Shown: positions 1-9,793, counted from the first letter of the stretch. The stretch: DNA of 55,544 nucleotides from Magnetococcales bacterium (GCA_015231775.1 JADGAY010000001.1:1-55544), one strand, 5' to 3'. Program-made: numbers and translations. Notes: generated by a model from the letters alone, not told the origin.

Positions 1-23
1 AGACGCAAAACGTCTCAAAAAAA

Positions 24-261
24 CCAAGGCTGCGCGCGGCGCATTTTTCGCAAAAACCGCGAAAAATGCTTCTTTCAAAAGAGCGCGCGAAAGGCTAAAG
101 TCAAAACCCTGGGAGAGGAATCTCCCAGACTCTCTCTTTATTTTTCAACAGTAAAAACGACACATTCCAAGCTGGGTGCGGTTTAAAAGACAACGACAAG
201 ATCAAAACCTCGGAGGCTCGGCCTCCGAACCTCCACCGGGGACTTTCGGCCCCCGGAGCCC
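24..261 (+). repeat. Modular hairpin element copy E1 (probably truncated by the window edge)
   Basis: GCATTTTTCGC-aaaaacc-GCGAAAAATGC hairpin inside GCGCGC clamps (24-90), CTGGGAGA-ggaa-TCTCCCAG hairpin (~109-128) and terminal module AAAACCTCGGAGGCTCGGCCTCCGAACCTCCACCGGGG...CCCC (~204-261), homologous to other intergenic copies. Confidence 0.85.
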
Positions 262-286
262 CGCAAACGTGGGAGCCCGGCTTGGC

Positions 287-1294
287 CTACTTCTTCTCCT
301 TCTCCTTCTCCTTCAACTCGTCGTCGATCACGCTCTTGAACTTCTCGAACGGCTGCGCCCCCACCACGCGCACCCCGTTGATGAAGAAGGTCGGCGTGCC
401 GGTCACCCCCAGCTTCTTCCCATCGGTCAGATCCGCGGTGATCCGCGCGCCATGCTTGCCACTGTCGAAACATTTGTCAAAAGCCGCCATGTCCAAGCCG
501 ATGGTCTTGGCCGTCTTTTTCAAATCCGCCGGATCCAGCCCGGCCTTGTCCTCGAACAGTACATCATGCATGGGCCAGAACTTGCCCTGATCCGCCGCGC
601 ACTGGGCCGCCTCGGAGGCCTTGGGGGCCTTGGCGTGGAACGGCAGCGGATAGTGACGGAACACCATGCGCACCTTGTCGCCATAAGCCTCGGTGACCTT
701 CTTCAAGGTGGCCTGGGCACGCCGACAGTAGGGACACTCGAAATCGGAAAACTCGATGATGGTCACCGGCGCCTTGGCATCCCCGCGGGAGAGATCCTCG
801 GGACCGGTCACCGTGAAACGGGGGGCCTTGAGCAGGATCTCCGGCTCGAACTTCTTCAACAGCATGGTCAACACCTTGCCCTCGGCCTCCTTCTTGGCCT
901 CGTCGCTCAAATGCTCCTTGATCTGTTCATCCATCCCCTCGCCATTGTTGGGGAGTTGGTCCTTGTTCTTCTGAATGAAGGCCTTGATCTCGGCGGCACT
1001 CGGATCGGGCACCTTGCCCATCAACTTCTCGACCACCTGCTCCGGGGGAACCTTCTCCTCGGCGCCCTTGACGGTCAGAATGTGCTCCAATACCAACTCG
1101 CGAATCTTGGTCTCGCGCAACTCGTGGATCTTGACCGCCAGGGCCCGATCCACCTCCTCGAGGGAGAGCACCCAACTGCCCACCTTGGCCACGGGTTCGG
1201 CCCAGGCCGGCAACGGCGCGCTCAACCACAACAGCGCCGCGCTCAGGGGCAACCAGGTCCATTTGGGCTTGATCACTTCACTCAAGCGGTTCAT
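287..1294 (-). CDS. DsbA-family thioredoxin-fold oxidoreductase with signal peptide and N-terminal helical domain
   Basis: IIEFSDFECPYC (CxxC), RHYPL and GVTGTPTFFING motifs; signal-like N-terminus ending AWA-EP; ATG at 1294 overlaps the upstream stop (ATGA). Confidence 0.85.
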   Translation of the reverse strand: MNRLSEVIKPKWTWLPLSAALLWLSAPLPAWAEPVAKVGSWVLSLEEVDRALAVKIHELRETKIRELVLEHILTVKGAEEKVPPEQVVEKLMGKVPDPSAAEIKAFIQKNKDQLPNNGEGMDEQIKEHLSDEAKKEAEGKVLTMLLKKFEPEILLKAPRFTVTGPEDLSRGDAKAPVTIIEFSDFECPYCRRAQATLKKVTEAYGDKVRMVFRHYPLPFHAKAPKASEAAQCAADQGKFWPMHDVLFEDKAGLDPADLKKTAKTIGLDMAAFDKCFDSGKHGARITADLTDGKKLGVTGTPTFFINGVRVVGAQPFEKFKSVIDDELKEKEKEKK

Positions 1295-1722
1295 TTCGCG
1301 TAAATCTCCGTGGCTCGTTGTTTGAATGCTTCCACCATCCGCTTGGACGCCTCGCCGAACACCGGACCGAGGGTGAGATCCAACAGACGGTTTTTGAATG
1401 AAAAACTGATGAAAAAGTCGATGCGCGCCCCGCCCTCGGCAGGAGAGAAACGCCATTCGCTCTCCAGATCGCGAAACGGACCGGAGACCAACTGAATGCG
1501 GATCGATTCGTTGGGCACGACATGATCCTCGGTAAAGAAGGTCTCGCGCAATCCCTTGAAGGCAAAGGTCATCTCCGACATGAAACGATCCCCCTTTTCG
1601 TCATATTTGCGTGCCTTGACGATCCAGGGAATGAACTCCGGATAGCGATCCATGTCCGCCACGAGAGTATACATCTGTTCGGGCGTGAAGGGAACCAGGG
1701 TGGTTGAGGTGTGTTTGGCCAT
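1291..1722 (-). CDS. RatA/Coq10-family START-domain protein (paralog 1)
   Basis: PEQMYTLVADMDRYPEFIPW, SGPFRDLESEWRF and MVEAFKQRA motifs; 143 aa. Confidence 0.85.
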   Translation of the reverse strand: MAKHTSTTLVPFTPEQMYTLVADMDRYPEFIPWIVKARKYDEKGDRFMSEMTFAFKGLRETFFTEDHVVPNESIRIQLVSGPFRDLESEWRFSPAEGGARIDFFISFSFKNRLLDLTLGPVFGEASKRMVEAFKQRATEIYAK

Positions 1723-1746
1723 GAGCTTGGGAATGGTTTGAGGTTT

Positions 1747-2178
1747 CTAGCGACGGTAGACCACGGCGGCGCGGCTTTTGAAGGCATCGAGCATCCGCCT
1801 GGAGGCCTCGGAGAAGACCGGACCCATGATCATCTCCTTCATGCGGCTCTGGAAGCTGAAGTCGATGAAAAAATCGACCTGCGCACCTTTCGGCGCCGGG
1901 GCAAAGGCCCAGGTGCTCACCAGATACTTGAAGGGTCCGTCGCGCAGGTTGATTTCGATGCGCTTGCCGGGATCGATGATGTCGAGGGTACGGAAGGTTT
2001 CGCGTATCCCCTTGAAGGAGACGGTCATTTCAGCCATGAACTGGGTGGGGGTACGGTCCCAGACACGGGTCGCCGCGCACCACGGCAGAAAATCGGGATA
2101 GCGTTCCACGTCCACAACCAACCCGTACATCTGCTCCGGGGCGAAAGGAACGGTCTCACTGATGCGAATGCGCGGCAT
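1747..2178 (-). CDS. RatA/Coq10-family START-domain protein (paralog 2)
   Basis: Last 143 aa of ORF 1747..6666: MPRIRISETVPFAPEQMYGLVVDVERYPDFLPWC...DGPFKYLVSTW...MLDAFKSRA; ATG at 2178. Confidence 0.85.
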   Translation of the reverse strand: MPRIRISETVPFAPEQMYGLVVDVERYPDFLPWCAATRVWDRTPTQFMAEMTVSFKGIRETFRTLDIIDPGKRIEINLRDGPFKYLVSTWAFAPAPKGAQVDFFIDFSFQSRMKEMIMGPVFSEASRRMLDAFKSRAAVVYRR

Positions 2179-2451
2179 GGGGCAAGGTCCGAAAGCGGAG
2201 ATCCGTATTGTGATCGCGGCAAGATTCCAATATGCTCCCTCCATCCAAAGGAGGGTCTCGATCCCGAGACGATACCGCGATCCGTCTTTTGGATCACCAT
2301 TCCCAGGCGCCTGGGAACTCCCGAAGGGAGTTGCCGAACGCGGGGGGTGGGGGGCCCCTTCATCAAGCCACGTAGTATGACGACTCGGAGGCGTTATGCA
2401 AAGGAAATTCCCATCCCGGCAGTACAACTTCGCGTCGGGAGCGCGCCGGTC

Positions 2452-5400
2452 ATGTTGACGAAACGGGAACCGGAAGGGCAGGCGTGGCCCGAATCCGACG
2501 CCTTGCGCGCTAATCTGGCGGTGACCGCGGTGGACGAGGTGGTCATCGATCCGCGTTTCACCCCACTTCTGGAGGTGGTGCGCGGGTTTGCCGGCATTTT
2601 GAAGGATCTCGAACGGCTGTTGCGGGAGCTGAACCATCCGTTTCGCAACTGGCTGTTGATTCTGCCGGAATTGAAGGGGTTCGTGCTCAAGAACGCGGTC
2701 CGTTACGCCCCCCATCCCCGTGGACCCGAATGTTTCGAGCTGTTCGGAGCCCTCTTTTTCCAGGCCCTCGACGAGGTGAACAAACCGGTCACCGTGCGGC
2801 TGGTGTTCGACGGCCTGACCGCCTATCTGGACAAGCAGGTCAATCTGCTCGCGCCAACCCGCTTGAGCGAATACGCACCGGTTTTCGATCGCATCATGGC
2901 ACGTCTGGCCGAGATGTCCGACGAGCGTCTGCTGACCCTCTCCCAGAGCCATCTGCCCCTGCGTCGCACCTTCGCGCGCATGATCGAGCGCTGTTCGGAG
3001 AGCGGACAGCCTTTCCCGTTCGACCCGGAACCTTACTGCCGTCTGGCGATCCGTTCCCTCACCGCCACCTATGATCTGTGGCTCGACCAGGCCGATCCGG
3101 TCTGGTACACGGTGCGCGGCCATCACGAGTGCGATGCCATCTCCCACCGCACCCTGCGCACCGCCAGCGAGACCTTGAAAAGTCTGGCCCGTGAATACCC
3201 CTCGGAAGAGCTGCTGGGGCGGCTGGCGATGTTGCCGGCCTATCTGGACATCGTGCGCGGCTATCGGGACGCAGCCAACGCCCTGGGACGGTTGCAGGTC
3301 GCCCGGGACGGCAACGATACCGACTCCGAGCAGCTCGCCGAGGGACGCAAGCTGCGATTTTTGTTTCATATTTTGGAGAGCGACGGGCTCTCCATGATCC
3401 ACGAGGAGTGCCTGAGGGAGATCAACCGCACCCTGGCGCATCTGGTGGAGCTGAAACAGAGCTACGAGGAGCTGCGTGAATCGTTTTTGCGCACCTTCAC
3501 CTTTCTCAAGGCCAACGTCGTCAAATATCCCCACACCGCCTTGCAGTGCATCGAGGCGTTGGGCATCGAGGTGTTCAAACGCGACAACAGCCGCCTGGTG
3601 GAGGCCTTTCTGGAACAGGCGGTGCGCTTCGGTTTCCAGTATCGCGCGGTCACCGGCGTGGGAAGCGACTGGCAACCGATCTGCAATCCGGCCCATCTGA
3701 CCAACATCCGCGTCTGGCTCAACCTGATCAACCTCAACCCCAAGTGGTGCTCGACCCTGCTTTCGGCCCTGATCATCAACGTCAAGCTCTCCGGCACCCT
3801 GATCCGGGACACCGATCTGTTCCAGAAGGAGGTGACCCGGCTGTTGAATGGTGACGTGGCCCCGGTGTTCAATCTGGTGAAGCAGTTCGCGCGTCTGCTG
3901 CCGGTCTATTTCAACGAGATCGGCGCCGAGGGGGAGTTGCGCGACGTCTCCACCGAACTCGACGAGATCTCCAAGCGCCAGGATCGGTTGATCCACTTCC
4001 TGCGCAAGGCCTGTCATGTGGAGAGCACCAATCTCATGGTGGATCTGGTGCGGGAGATCCTCGACTTCTGGCACTCCGGCGACTTGAACGAGCTGGCCGG
4101 CCTGATCGCCCAACCCACCCTGGAGTCGATCCAGGCCCCCGGTCCGTGGTTCGACGGCGTGCATCGGGTCACGCGCCATCTGTTTGCCGCATTGGCCATC
4201 GACGATCCGGTGACCCTGCTCACCCTGCCGTTGGAGCGCATCGAACCGGTGATCCTGGCCGCGCCGAATGTCCCGGAGGGGGAGCGGCGCCGGGTGTTCT
4301 TGTTGATCCGGCTCTATCAACTGCTCGATCACAAATACAATCCGAGCCGGCATGGGGTGCTCGCCCTGGTGAAGAAGGCCAGCGAGGAGGGGATCTACGG
4401 CATGGATTGGCTGGCCGAGGTGCTCGAGAGTGGCGAGACGCGGGATGACATCCGCCTGAACGCCCTGCTCGACGCCATGGAGGCGCTCAAAAGGGTGGTG
4501 TTGTGTCGCGAGACCTTCCCGGCCCAGGAGGAGATCTATCAAAAACGGCACATCGCCGTGGACATCCCCTCGGTCTACGGACGCTATCAGGAGCGCAAGT
4601 TCGATGCCCTGTCCCTGTTGTTCCGGCTGGAGGATCTGGCCAACGTCCATCTGGAGCGGCTGGTGGAGCGGATTCCGGAGGGGTTCATCACCCGCGCGGC
4701 CTTCTTCCGCATCGACAAGTACATTCAGTTCTACCTGCGGGGGCTGGATCTGGACGGGATCTCGTCGCGCCGCCTGGAGAACCTGCGCAACGTGTTGACG
4801 CGCTTTCTGGAGCTCAATCAATTCTCCTTCCATCAGTATCTGGATATCTTCCGCAACTTCTCGGACGGCATCAAGGAGATCATCCACGCCTATTATGCGA
4901 TCCATCACCGGGAGAACCTGGCGGTGATCGTGCCGATGATTCCGGAGCTGGCCATGGTGCCGCGTTATGCGGCCCTGAAGGACACCGATCCCACCACCAC
5001 CCTGGAACGGATCACCGAATCGTTCATGCGCGATCTGATCGCCGAGACCTTCGGGCTGCAATCGTTCGACCGCTTCATCTCCCGCATCCTGCGCATCCTG
5101 TCGCGCCAGGAGGGCAAGCTCCCCCCCGAGCTGATGAACAAGCTGATGACCTATGACCCGGCCAAACTCTTCTGTCCGATCCATGATCCCGATCCGCGGG
5201 TGCGTGATCTGATCCATCTGGGCAACAAGGGGTTCAACCTCACCGAGCTGGCCGCCATGGAGCTGCCGGTACCGGCGGGGGTGATCACCACCACCGAATT
5301 CTTTCGCTGTCGCGAGGTGGTGCGCGCCTACTCCCTGGCCGGCGAGGATTTCATCCAGCGGCTGCGGGATCGGGTGCGCGTCATCGAGGAGGAGACCGGG

Positions 5401-6708
5401 CTGGCCTTTGGGTGCGAGCGCAATCCGTTGCTGTTGTCGGTTCGCAGCGGCGCGTTGATCTCCATGCCCGGCATGATGCAGACCGTCCACAACGTCGGCA
5501 TCAACGAGGCGATCGTGCGGGGGCTGGCCAACTGGTCCGGCAATCCCTTCTTTGCCTGGGACAACTATCGGCGGTTCGTGCAGTCGTGGAGCATGACCTT
5601 CGATGTCAATCGCGGCGTCTTCACCGATCTGATGCGACGCGCCAAGCGGCGTCACGACGTGCGCAAGAAACGCGAGTTCACCCCCGAGCAGATGGCCGAT
5701 CTGGCCCGTGAATACTACCAGGCGGCCAGCGAGATCGGCATCGAGATCCCCCAGGATCCCTGGGAACAGCTCATGGCCGCCATCAACCAGGTAATGGACT
5801 CCTGGAACCTGCCCAAGGCACGGGAGTACCGTCGCATCATGAACATCGCCGACGACTGGGGCACGGCGGTGGTGTTGCAGCGCATGGTCTACGGCAATCT
5901 GCACCGTCAGTCGGGTTCCGGGGTCTTCTTCACCGCCCATCCGCACCGCAAACTCGATCGGGTGGTACTGTGGGGGGATTATGCCACCGGGGATCAGGGC
6001 GAGGATATCGTGGGCGGATTGGTCTCCACCGATGCCATTTCCCTGGAGCAGTGCCGTTACGACCGTCGCGATCCGGAGACCTGCCTGGAGGTGCGCTTTC
6101 CGCGCATCTACGATGCCTTGCGCTGCACGGCGCGCCGCCTGATCCTGGAGCAGGGGTGGAACCACCAGGAGATGGAGTTCACCTTCGATGGTCCGGAAGA
6201 AGAGAATCTCTTTTATCTGCAAACCCGTGATATGATCACCGCGAAGGGTCGCAACGCGGTGCGCGCGGTCTTTGCCGACTCCCCGAATCTGGCCGCCAGC
6301 CTTCTCACCCAGGGGATCGGCGCCAGCGGCGGGGTGTTGTGCGGGGTGGCGGTTTTCAACATGGAGCAGATTTCGCGCAAAAGACACGAAGATCCGGATG
6401 TGCCTTTGATCCTGATCCGCTATGATACCGTGCCGGAGGATATCCGCGAGATCTCCCGCGCCGATGGACTGCTCACCGCGCGGGGGGGGCAGACCTCTCA
6501 CGCAGCGATCGTCGCGGCCCGACTCGAGAAGACCTGCGTGGTCGGGTGCGAACTTTTGACGGTTCGGGAAAGCTCCAGCCGTTGCGAAATCGACGGTGTG
6601 GTCATTCAATATGGGGATGCCATCAGTATCGATGGCAACCGTGGCCTGTTGTACAAGGGCTGGCATCCCGTGACCACCGTGGTCACGGGGGATGCGGGTT
6701 TGTTGTAA
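2452..6708 (+). CDS. Large PPDK/PEP-synthase-like dikinase: ~920-aa unknown N-terminal region, ATP-grasp domain and phospho-His swivel domain, no pyruvate-binding barrel
   Basis: LGNKGFNL, PLLLSVRSGALISMPGMM, GTAVVLQRMVYGN, GEDIVGG, EMEFT, LQTR and GGQTSHAAIVA motifs; ends right after the His domain; ATG at 2452 gives 1418 aa. Confidence 0.8.
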   Translation: MLTKREPEGQAWPESDALRANLAVTAVDEVVIDPRFTPLLEVVRGFAGILKDLERLLRELNHPFRNWLLILPELKGFVLKNAVRYAPHPRGPECFELFGALFFQALDEVNKPVTVRLVFDGLTAYLDKQVNLLAPTRLSEYAPVFDRIMARLAEMSDERLLTLSQSHLPLRRTFARMIERCSESGQPFPFDPEPYCRLAIRSLTATYDLWLDQADPVWYTVRGHHECDAISHRTLRTASETLKSLAREYPSEELLGRLAMLPAYLDIVRGYRDAANALGRLQVARDGNDTDSEQLAEGRKLRFLFHILESDGLSMIHEECLREINRTLAHLVELKQSYEELRESFLRTFTFLKANVVKYPHTALQCIEALGIEVFKRDNSRLVEAFLEQAVRFGFQYRAVTGVGSDWQPICNPAHLTNIRVWLNLINLNPKWCSTLLSALIINVKLSGTLIRDTDLFQKEVTRLLNGDVAPVFNLVKQFARLLPVYFNEIGAEGELRDVSTELDEISKRQDRLIHFLRKACHVESTNLMVDLVREILDFWHSGDLNELAGLIAQPTLESIQAPGPWFDGVHRVTRHLFAALAIDDPVTLLTLPLERIEPVILAAPNVPEGERRRVFLLIRLYQLLDHKYNPSRHGVLALVKKASEEGIYGMDWLAEVLESGETRDDIRLNALLDAMEALKRVVLCRETFPAQEEIYQKRHIAVDIPSVYGRYQERKFDALSLLFRLEDLANVHLERLVERIPEGFITRAAFFRIDKYIQFYLRGLDLDGISSRRLENLRNVLTRFLELNQFSFHQYLDIFRNFSDGIKEIIHAYYAIHHRENLAVIVPMIPELAMVPRYAALKDTDPTTTLERITESFMRDLIAETFGLQSFDRFISRILRILSRQEGKLPPELMNKLMTYDPAKLFCPIHDPDPRVRDLIHLGNKGFNLTELAAMELPVPAGVITTTEFFRCREVVRAYSLAGEDFIQRLRDRVRVIEEETGLAFGCERNPLLLSVRSGALISMPGMMQTVHNVGINEAIVRGLANWSGNPFFAWDNYRRFVQSWSMTFDVNRGVFTDLMRRAKRRHDVRKKREFTPEQMADLAREYYQAASEIGIEIPQDPWEQLMAAINQVMDSWNLPKAREYRRIMNIADDWGTAVVLQRMVYGNLHRQSGSGVFFTAHPHRKLDRVVLWGDYATGDQGEDIVGGLVSTDAISLEQCRYDRRDPETCLEVRFPRIYDALRCTARRLILEQGWNHQEMEFTFDGPEEENLFYLQTRDMITAKGRNAVRAVFADSPNLAASLLTQGIGASGGVLCGVAVFNMEQISRKRHEDPDVPLILIRYDTVPEDIREISRADGLLTARGGQTSHAAIVAARLEKTCVVGCELLTVRESSSRCEIDGVVIQYGDAISIDGNRGLLYKGWHPVTTVVTGDAGLL

Positions 6709-6735
6709 GTAACTTAAATATCAGGAGAATCAGTC

Positions 6736-7980
6736 ATGAAATTGGGTATCAACGGCATGGGTCGAATTGGCAAGCTCTCTTTGTGGACCCATGTGGCGCG
6801 CAAGCGTTTTTCCGGAATCGTGGTCAATCTGGGCCGTGAAGTGGGTCAGAATCTTACCGATCTGGCGCAAACGGTGGAGAAGGACAGCACTTACGGACGC
6901 TTGACCCAGTATCTGCACGGCGTGCGCGGTGACCGGGTGATCGAGAATCTCGACGAGGCCAAGGGGACCATGACCATTGACGGGATTCCCGTGCAGTTCT
7001 TGCGGCATGGACGCAATCCCCGTGAGATCGGCTGGCGCGACCATGATGTGCAGTTGGTGGTGGATTGCACCGGCGTTTTCATCGATCCGACCGTCTCCGC
7101 CGATTCCGGGCACGGCGCGTTGCGCGGTCATCAGGAGGCCGGGGCCCGCAAGGTGATCCTGTCGGCCCCCTTCAAGATCAAGAGCCAGGGGCTCTCCATG
7201 CCCGGCGACGCCGTGACCACGGTGATGGGGATCAACGAGGAGGTGTACGATCCGGGCAAACATGCCCTGATCTCGGCGGCCTCGTGCACCACCACCTGTC
7301 TTTCGTTCATGATGAAGCCGCTGATGGACCATTTCGGCGTGGATCGGATTCTGTCGGCCTCGATGGTGACCGTGCACGCCTCGACCAGCAGCCAGACCGT
7401 GCTCGATGCCGTGCCCCTGACCGGGGCCAAGGATCTGCGCAAGAGCCGCAGCATCATGAACAACATCATCCTCACCACCACCGGCGCGGCCAAGGCGTTG
7501 CGCCTGGTGTTGCCGGAGATGGGGGATGTGGGATTCATGGCCGAATCGGTGCGGGTGCCGACCACCACCGGATCGCTGACCATCCTGACCGTCAATCTCC
7601 AGTCCGAAAGCCGCGAGCGTCCGATCAACCGCAACGACATCAACGGCATCTACCGCGAGGCCTCCCAGGGGGCCTATCAAGGGTATCTGGGCTATACCGA
7701 GGAGCAGAACGTCTCCTCGGACATGATCGGGTTCCCGAAGGCGGCCACGGTGATCGAGGCCCAGGAGACCCATACCCGTACCGCCTTCATCCGTCTGAAT
7801 CTGGATCGGGTGCCGGGACTCTCCCCGGAGATCCTGGAGACCCTGGCCTCCCTGCCCAAACATATCCTGGAGGCCCCGGTGACCCAGGTGGTGGTCTACG
7901 GCTGGTACGACAACGAACTGGGCAGTTATGCCAACATGCTCGGCGATCTCACCGAGCACATCTCGGCCCGGATGGTGTGA
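6736..7980 (+). CDS. Glyceraldehyde-3-phosphate dehydrogenase family protein, long atypical form
   Basis: GINGMGRIG, SAASCTTTCL (catalytic Cys), TVHA, TTTGAAKAL, VRVPT and WYDNE motifs; AGGAG RBS; 414 aa. Confidence 0.85.
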   Translation: MKLGINGMGRIGKLSLWTHVARKRFSGIVVNLGREVGQNLTDLAQTVEKDSTYGRLTQYLHGVRGDRVIENLDEAKGTMTIDGIPVQFLRHGRNPREIGWRDHDVQLVVDCTGVFIDPTVSADSGHGALRGHQEAGARKVILSAPFKIKSQGLSMPGDAVTTVMGINEEVYDPGKHALISAASCTTTCLSFMMKPLMDHFGVDRILSASMVTVHASTSSQTVLDAVPLTGAKDLRKSRSIMNNIILTTTGAAKALRLVLPEMGDVGFMAESVRVPTTTGSLTILTVNLQSESRERPINRNDINGIYREASQGAYQGYLGYTEEQNVSSDMIGFPKAATVIEAQETHTRTAFIRLNLDRVPGLSPEILETLASLPKHILEAPVTQVVVYGWYDNELGSYANMLGDLTEHISARMV

Positions 7981-8072
7981 TGGCGTGAAGCATGCGGGGT
8001 CCGCTGGCGGACCCCGCGCCTTCCGGAGCGCCGCGATGCTTCGGATCATTCAACGACGAGGGAGGGTGGTCG

Positions 8073-8756
8073 ATGGAGATGTCTCAAGGAAACGAGGGGG
8101 AGGCGGTACCAGGTGAGCTGGCGCCGATCATGCGCGGGGATGGTTCGATGCGCTATGACATCATCTGCGGCAAACGGCTGGAGCTGGTCCTGCCGGATGC
8201 GGTGTACAACGATCCGGCGGTCCAGGTGATGGTGGAGCTGATCGAACGTGGGATGTTTCATCCGTTGTGCGAGATTTTCGGCAACATCGGCCTGGATCGT
8301 TTCATCGACGCACGCAAGGCGCTGGAAGAGTCCACCCGTGACCCGCGTCTTTCGACCGGACCGTATGGATCATCGGTGCGACGCTCCCTGGCGCAGACCG
8401 CTGCCGCCATGAAGGAGCGTGAACCCAAGGCGCGTGCCGCCGAGCATCTGATCGCCCAGCCGGACGCGGTGGATCAGCTCTCCCGCGAGATGCTCACCCT
8501 GGAATCCCGTTGCGCGGTGGCCGGAGAGTCGCGGCGTCGGCAAGGCTCCTGTCGCCAGGAGTACTGGCGCCTGTGGGAGTTGGCCTGGGCGGTGCGGATC
8601 TTCTCATCCGAGGAGAAGGTGATCGAATCGCTCGAGAAGATGTATGCCCGTTATCCCTGTCTGGAGCTGCGCGAGGGTGAGCGGCGCAAGTTGCAGTTGC
8701 CGGGCGGATTGCGAGATCCGCGGCTTCAGGAGGAGGGCGCGGTGGAGTTGTGGTGA
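8073..8756 (+). CDS. Hypothetical protein
   Basis: Open frame with GGAGG RBS at 8061 before ATG 8073; host-like codon usage; no motif recognised. Confidence 0.6.
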   Translation: MEMSQGNEGEAVPGELAPIMRGDGSMRYDIICGKRLELVLPDAVYNDPAVQVMVELIERGMFHPLCEIFGNIGLDRFIDARKALEESTRDPRLSTGPYGSSVRRSLAQTAAAMKEREPKARAAEHLIAQPDAVDQLSREMLTLESRCAVAGESRRRQGSCRQEYWRLWELAWAVRIFSSEEKVIESLEKMYARYPCLELREGERRKLQLPGGLRDPRLQEEGAVELW

Positions 8757-9129
8757 GCCGGATGGGTGGGTGATAGTGGAGTGGGCCGGGGGCTGGCGCT
8801 TCCCGGCACGGATCCGCGCGTCAAGTCTGGGGGAGTTCGTTTTCCTGATTCGTGTCAATCGATCCCGAGCGGCTATCCGCGCGTCTTTAGTTGGCGCGTG
8901 GCCAGGGGCCCGCCCTGTTCGTGGAGCGCATCATAAAGATCGCTTTCATTCAATAAATAATCATAATGGTATAAAAATTGCTTGATTTCTTGAAGGTTAA
9001 GGATCATAAAGATCCACACCATTCATGGTGGCCATTTTTTGCAATGGGATGGATTCATGGGCTTGGATGCCCTATCATGCGTTAATTCAATAGGCTTCTG
9101 ATCGCAACCAAAAAGAAGGATTGACGTGG

Positions 9130-9741
9130 ATGGGACACAATATCTACCTGTTGGCGCGCAATCTGGCTCTGTTTCTTGGCGGATTCTGTTTGGTCATTTT
9201 TCTCCAACCCCTGCTCAAATACGTCGAATCCTCCAACTGGCCCCAGGCCGAGGGGACCATCGTCCAGTCCCAGATGCGTCAGGAAGGGGCGATGATGTTC
9301 AATTTGTTGCCGCTTTACCGGGTGGAGATCGTCTATCGTTTCAAGTCGGGTGACACCGAATATCTTGGTACGCAACTCGATTCCGATCCCCAGGCCACGT
9401 TGTTTCTGTTCGAACGGTTCGCGCGGGTCACCGTGGATCGATATCCGGTCGGCAAGACGGTGCAGACCCATTACAATCCCAACAATCCCGACGAGGCGTT
9501 CATTGCCCGTTCGGTCATACCGGGACTGGGTTTCTTCTGGGTGATCGGATCGTTGGTGATCTTTTTGGTGGCCGCGATCATCATGTGGAACAAGGCGCCG
9601 TTGGAGGATGCCCTCGAGAAGACCTTCAACAAATCCTTGCGGCCCAATGGTCGGGATCGACAGGAGATCTTCAAGGGGTGTTATCCCAAGGCGGTTTACA
9701 ATCCGCCGCCGGTTCCGCCGGGACAGGAGAATCGGTTGTAA
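9130..9741 (+). CDS. DUF3592-like membrane protein
   Basis: TM helix, SSNWPQAEGTIV...IVYRF...YPVGKTVQTHYNPNNPDEA, second TM helix. Confidence 0.7.
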   Translation: MGHNIYLLARNLALFLGGFCLVIFLQPLLKYVESSNWPQAEGTIVQSQMRQEGAMMFNLLPLYRVEIVYRFKSGDTEYLGTQLDSDPQATLFLFERFARVTVDRYPVGKTVQTHYNPNNPDEAFIARSVIPGLGFFWVIGSLVIFLVAAIIMWNKAPLEDALEKTFNKSLRPNGRDRQEIFKGCYPKAVYNPPPVPPGQENRL

Positions 9742-9793
9742 GTGGGGTGTTGTGGATGGGGGATGGTTGGTGGATCGATGGATTAAATAGGAT

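Noticed and set aside
1711-2451. N-terminal 247 aa of the 1665-aa ORF
   Set aside because: Overlaps the minus-strand RatA gene and the intergenic region; the plausible start is ATG 2452
2179-6666. 1639-aa minus-strand ORF
   Set aside because: Antisense shadow of the dikinase gene; only its last 143 codons encode a real protein. The same applies to long antisense ORFs over napA, gyrB, ftsH, thrS, yyaL and dnaN, which are expected in GC-rich DNA
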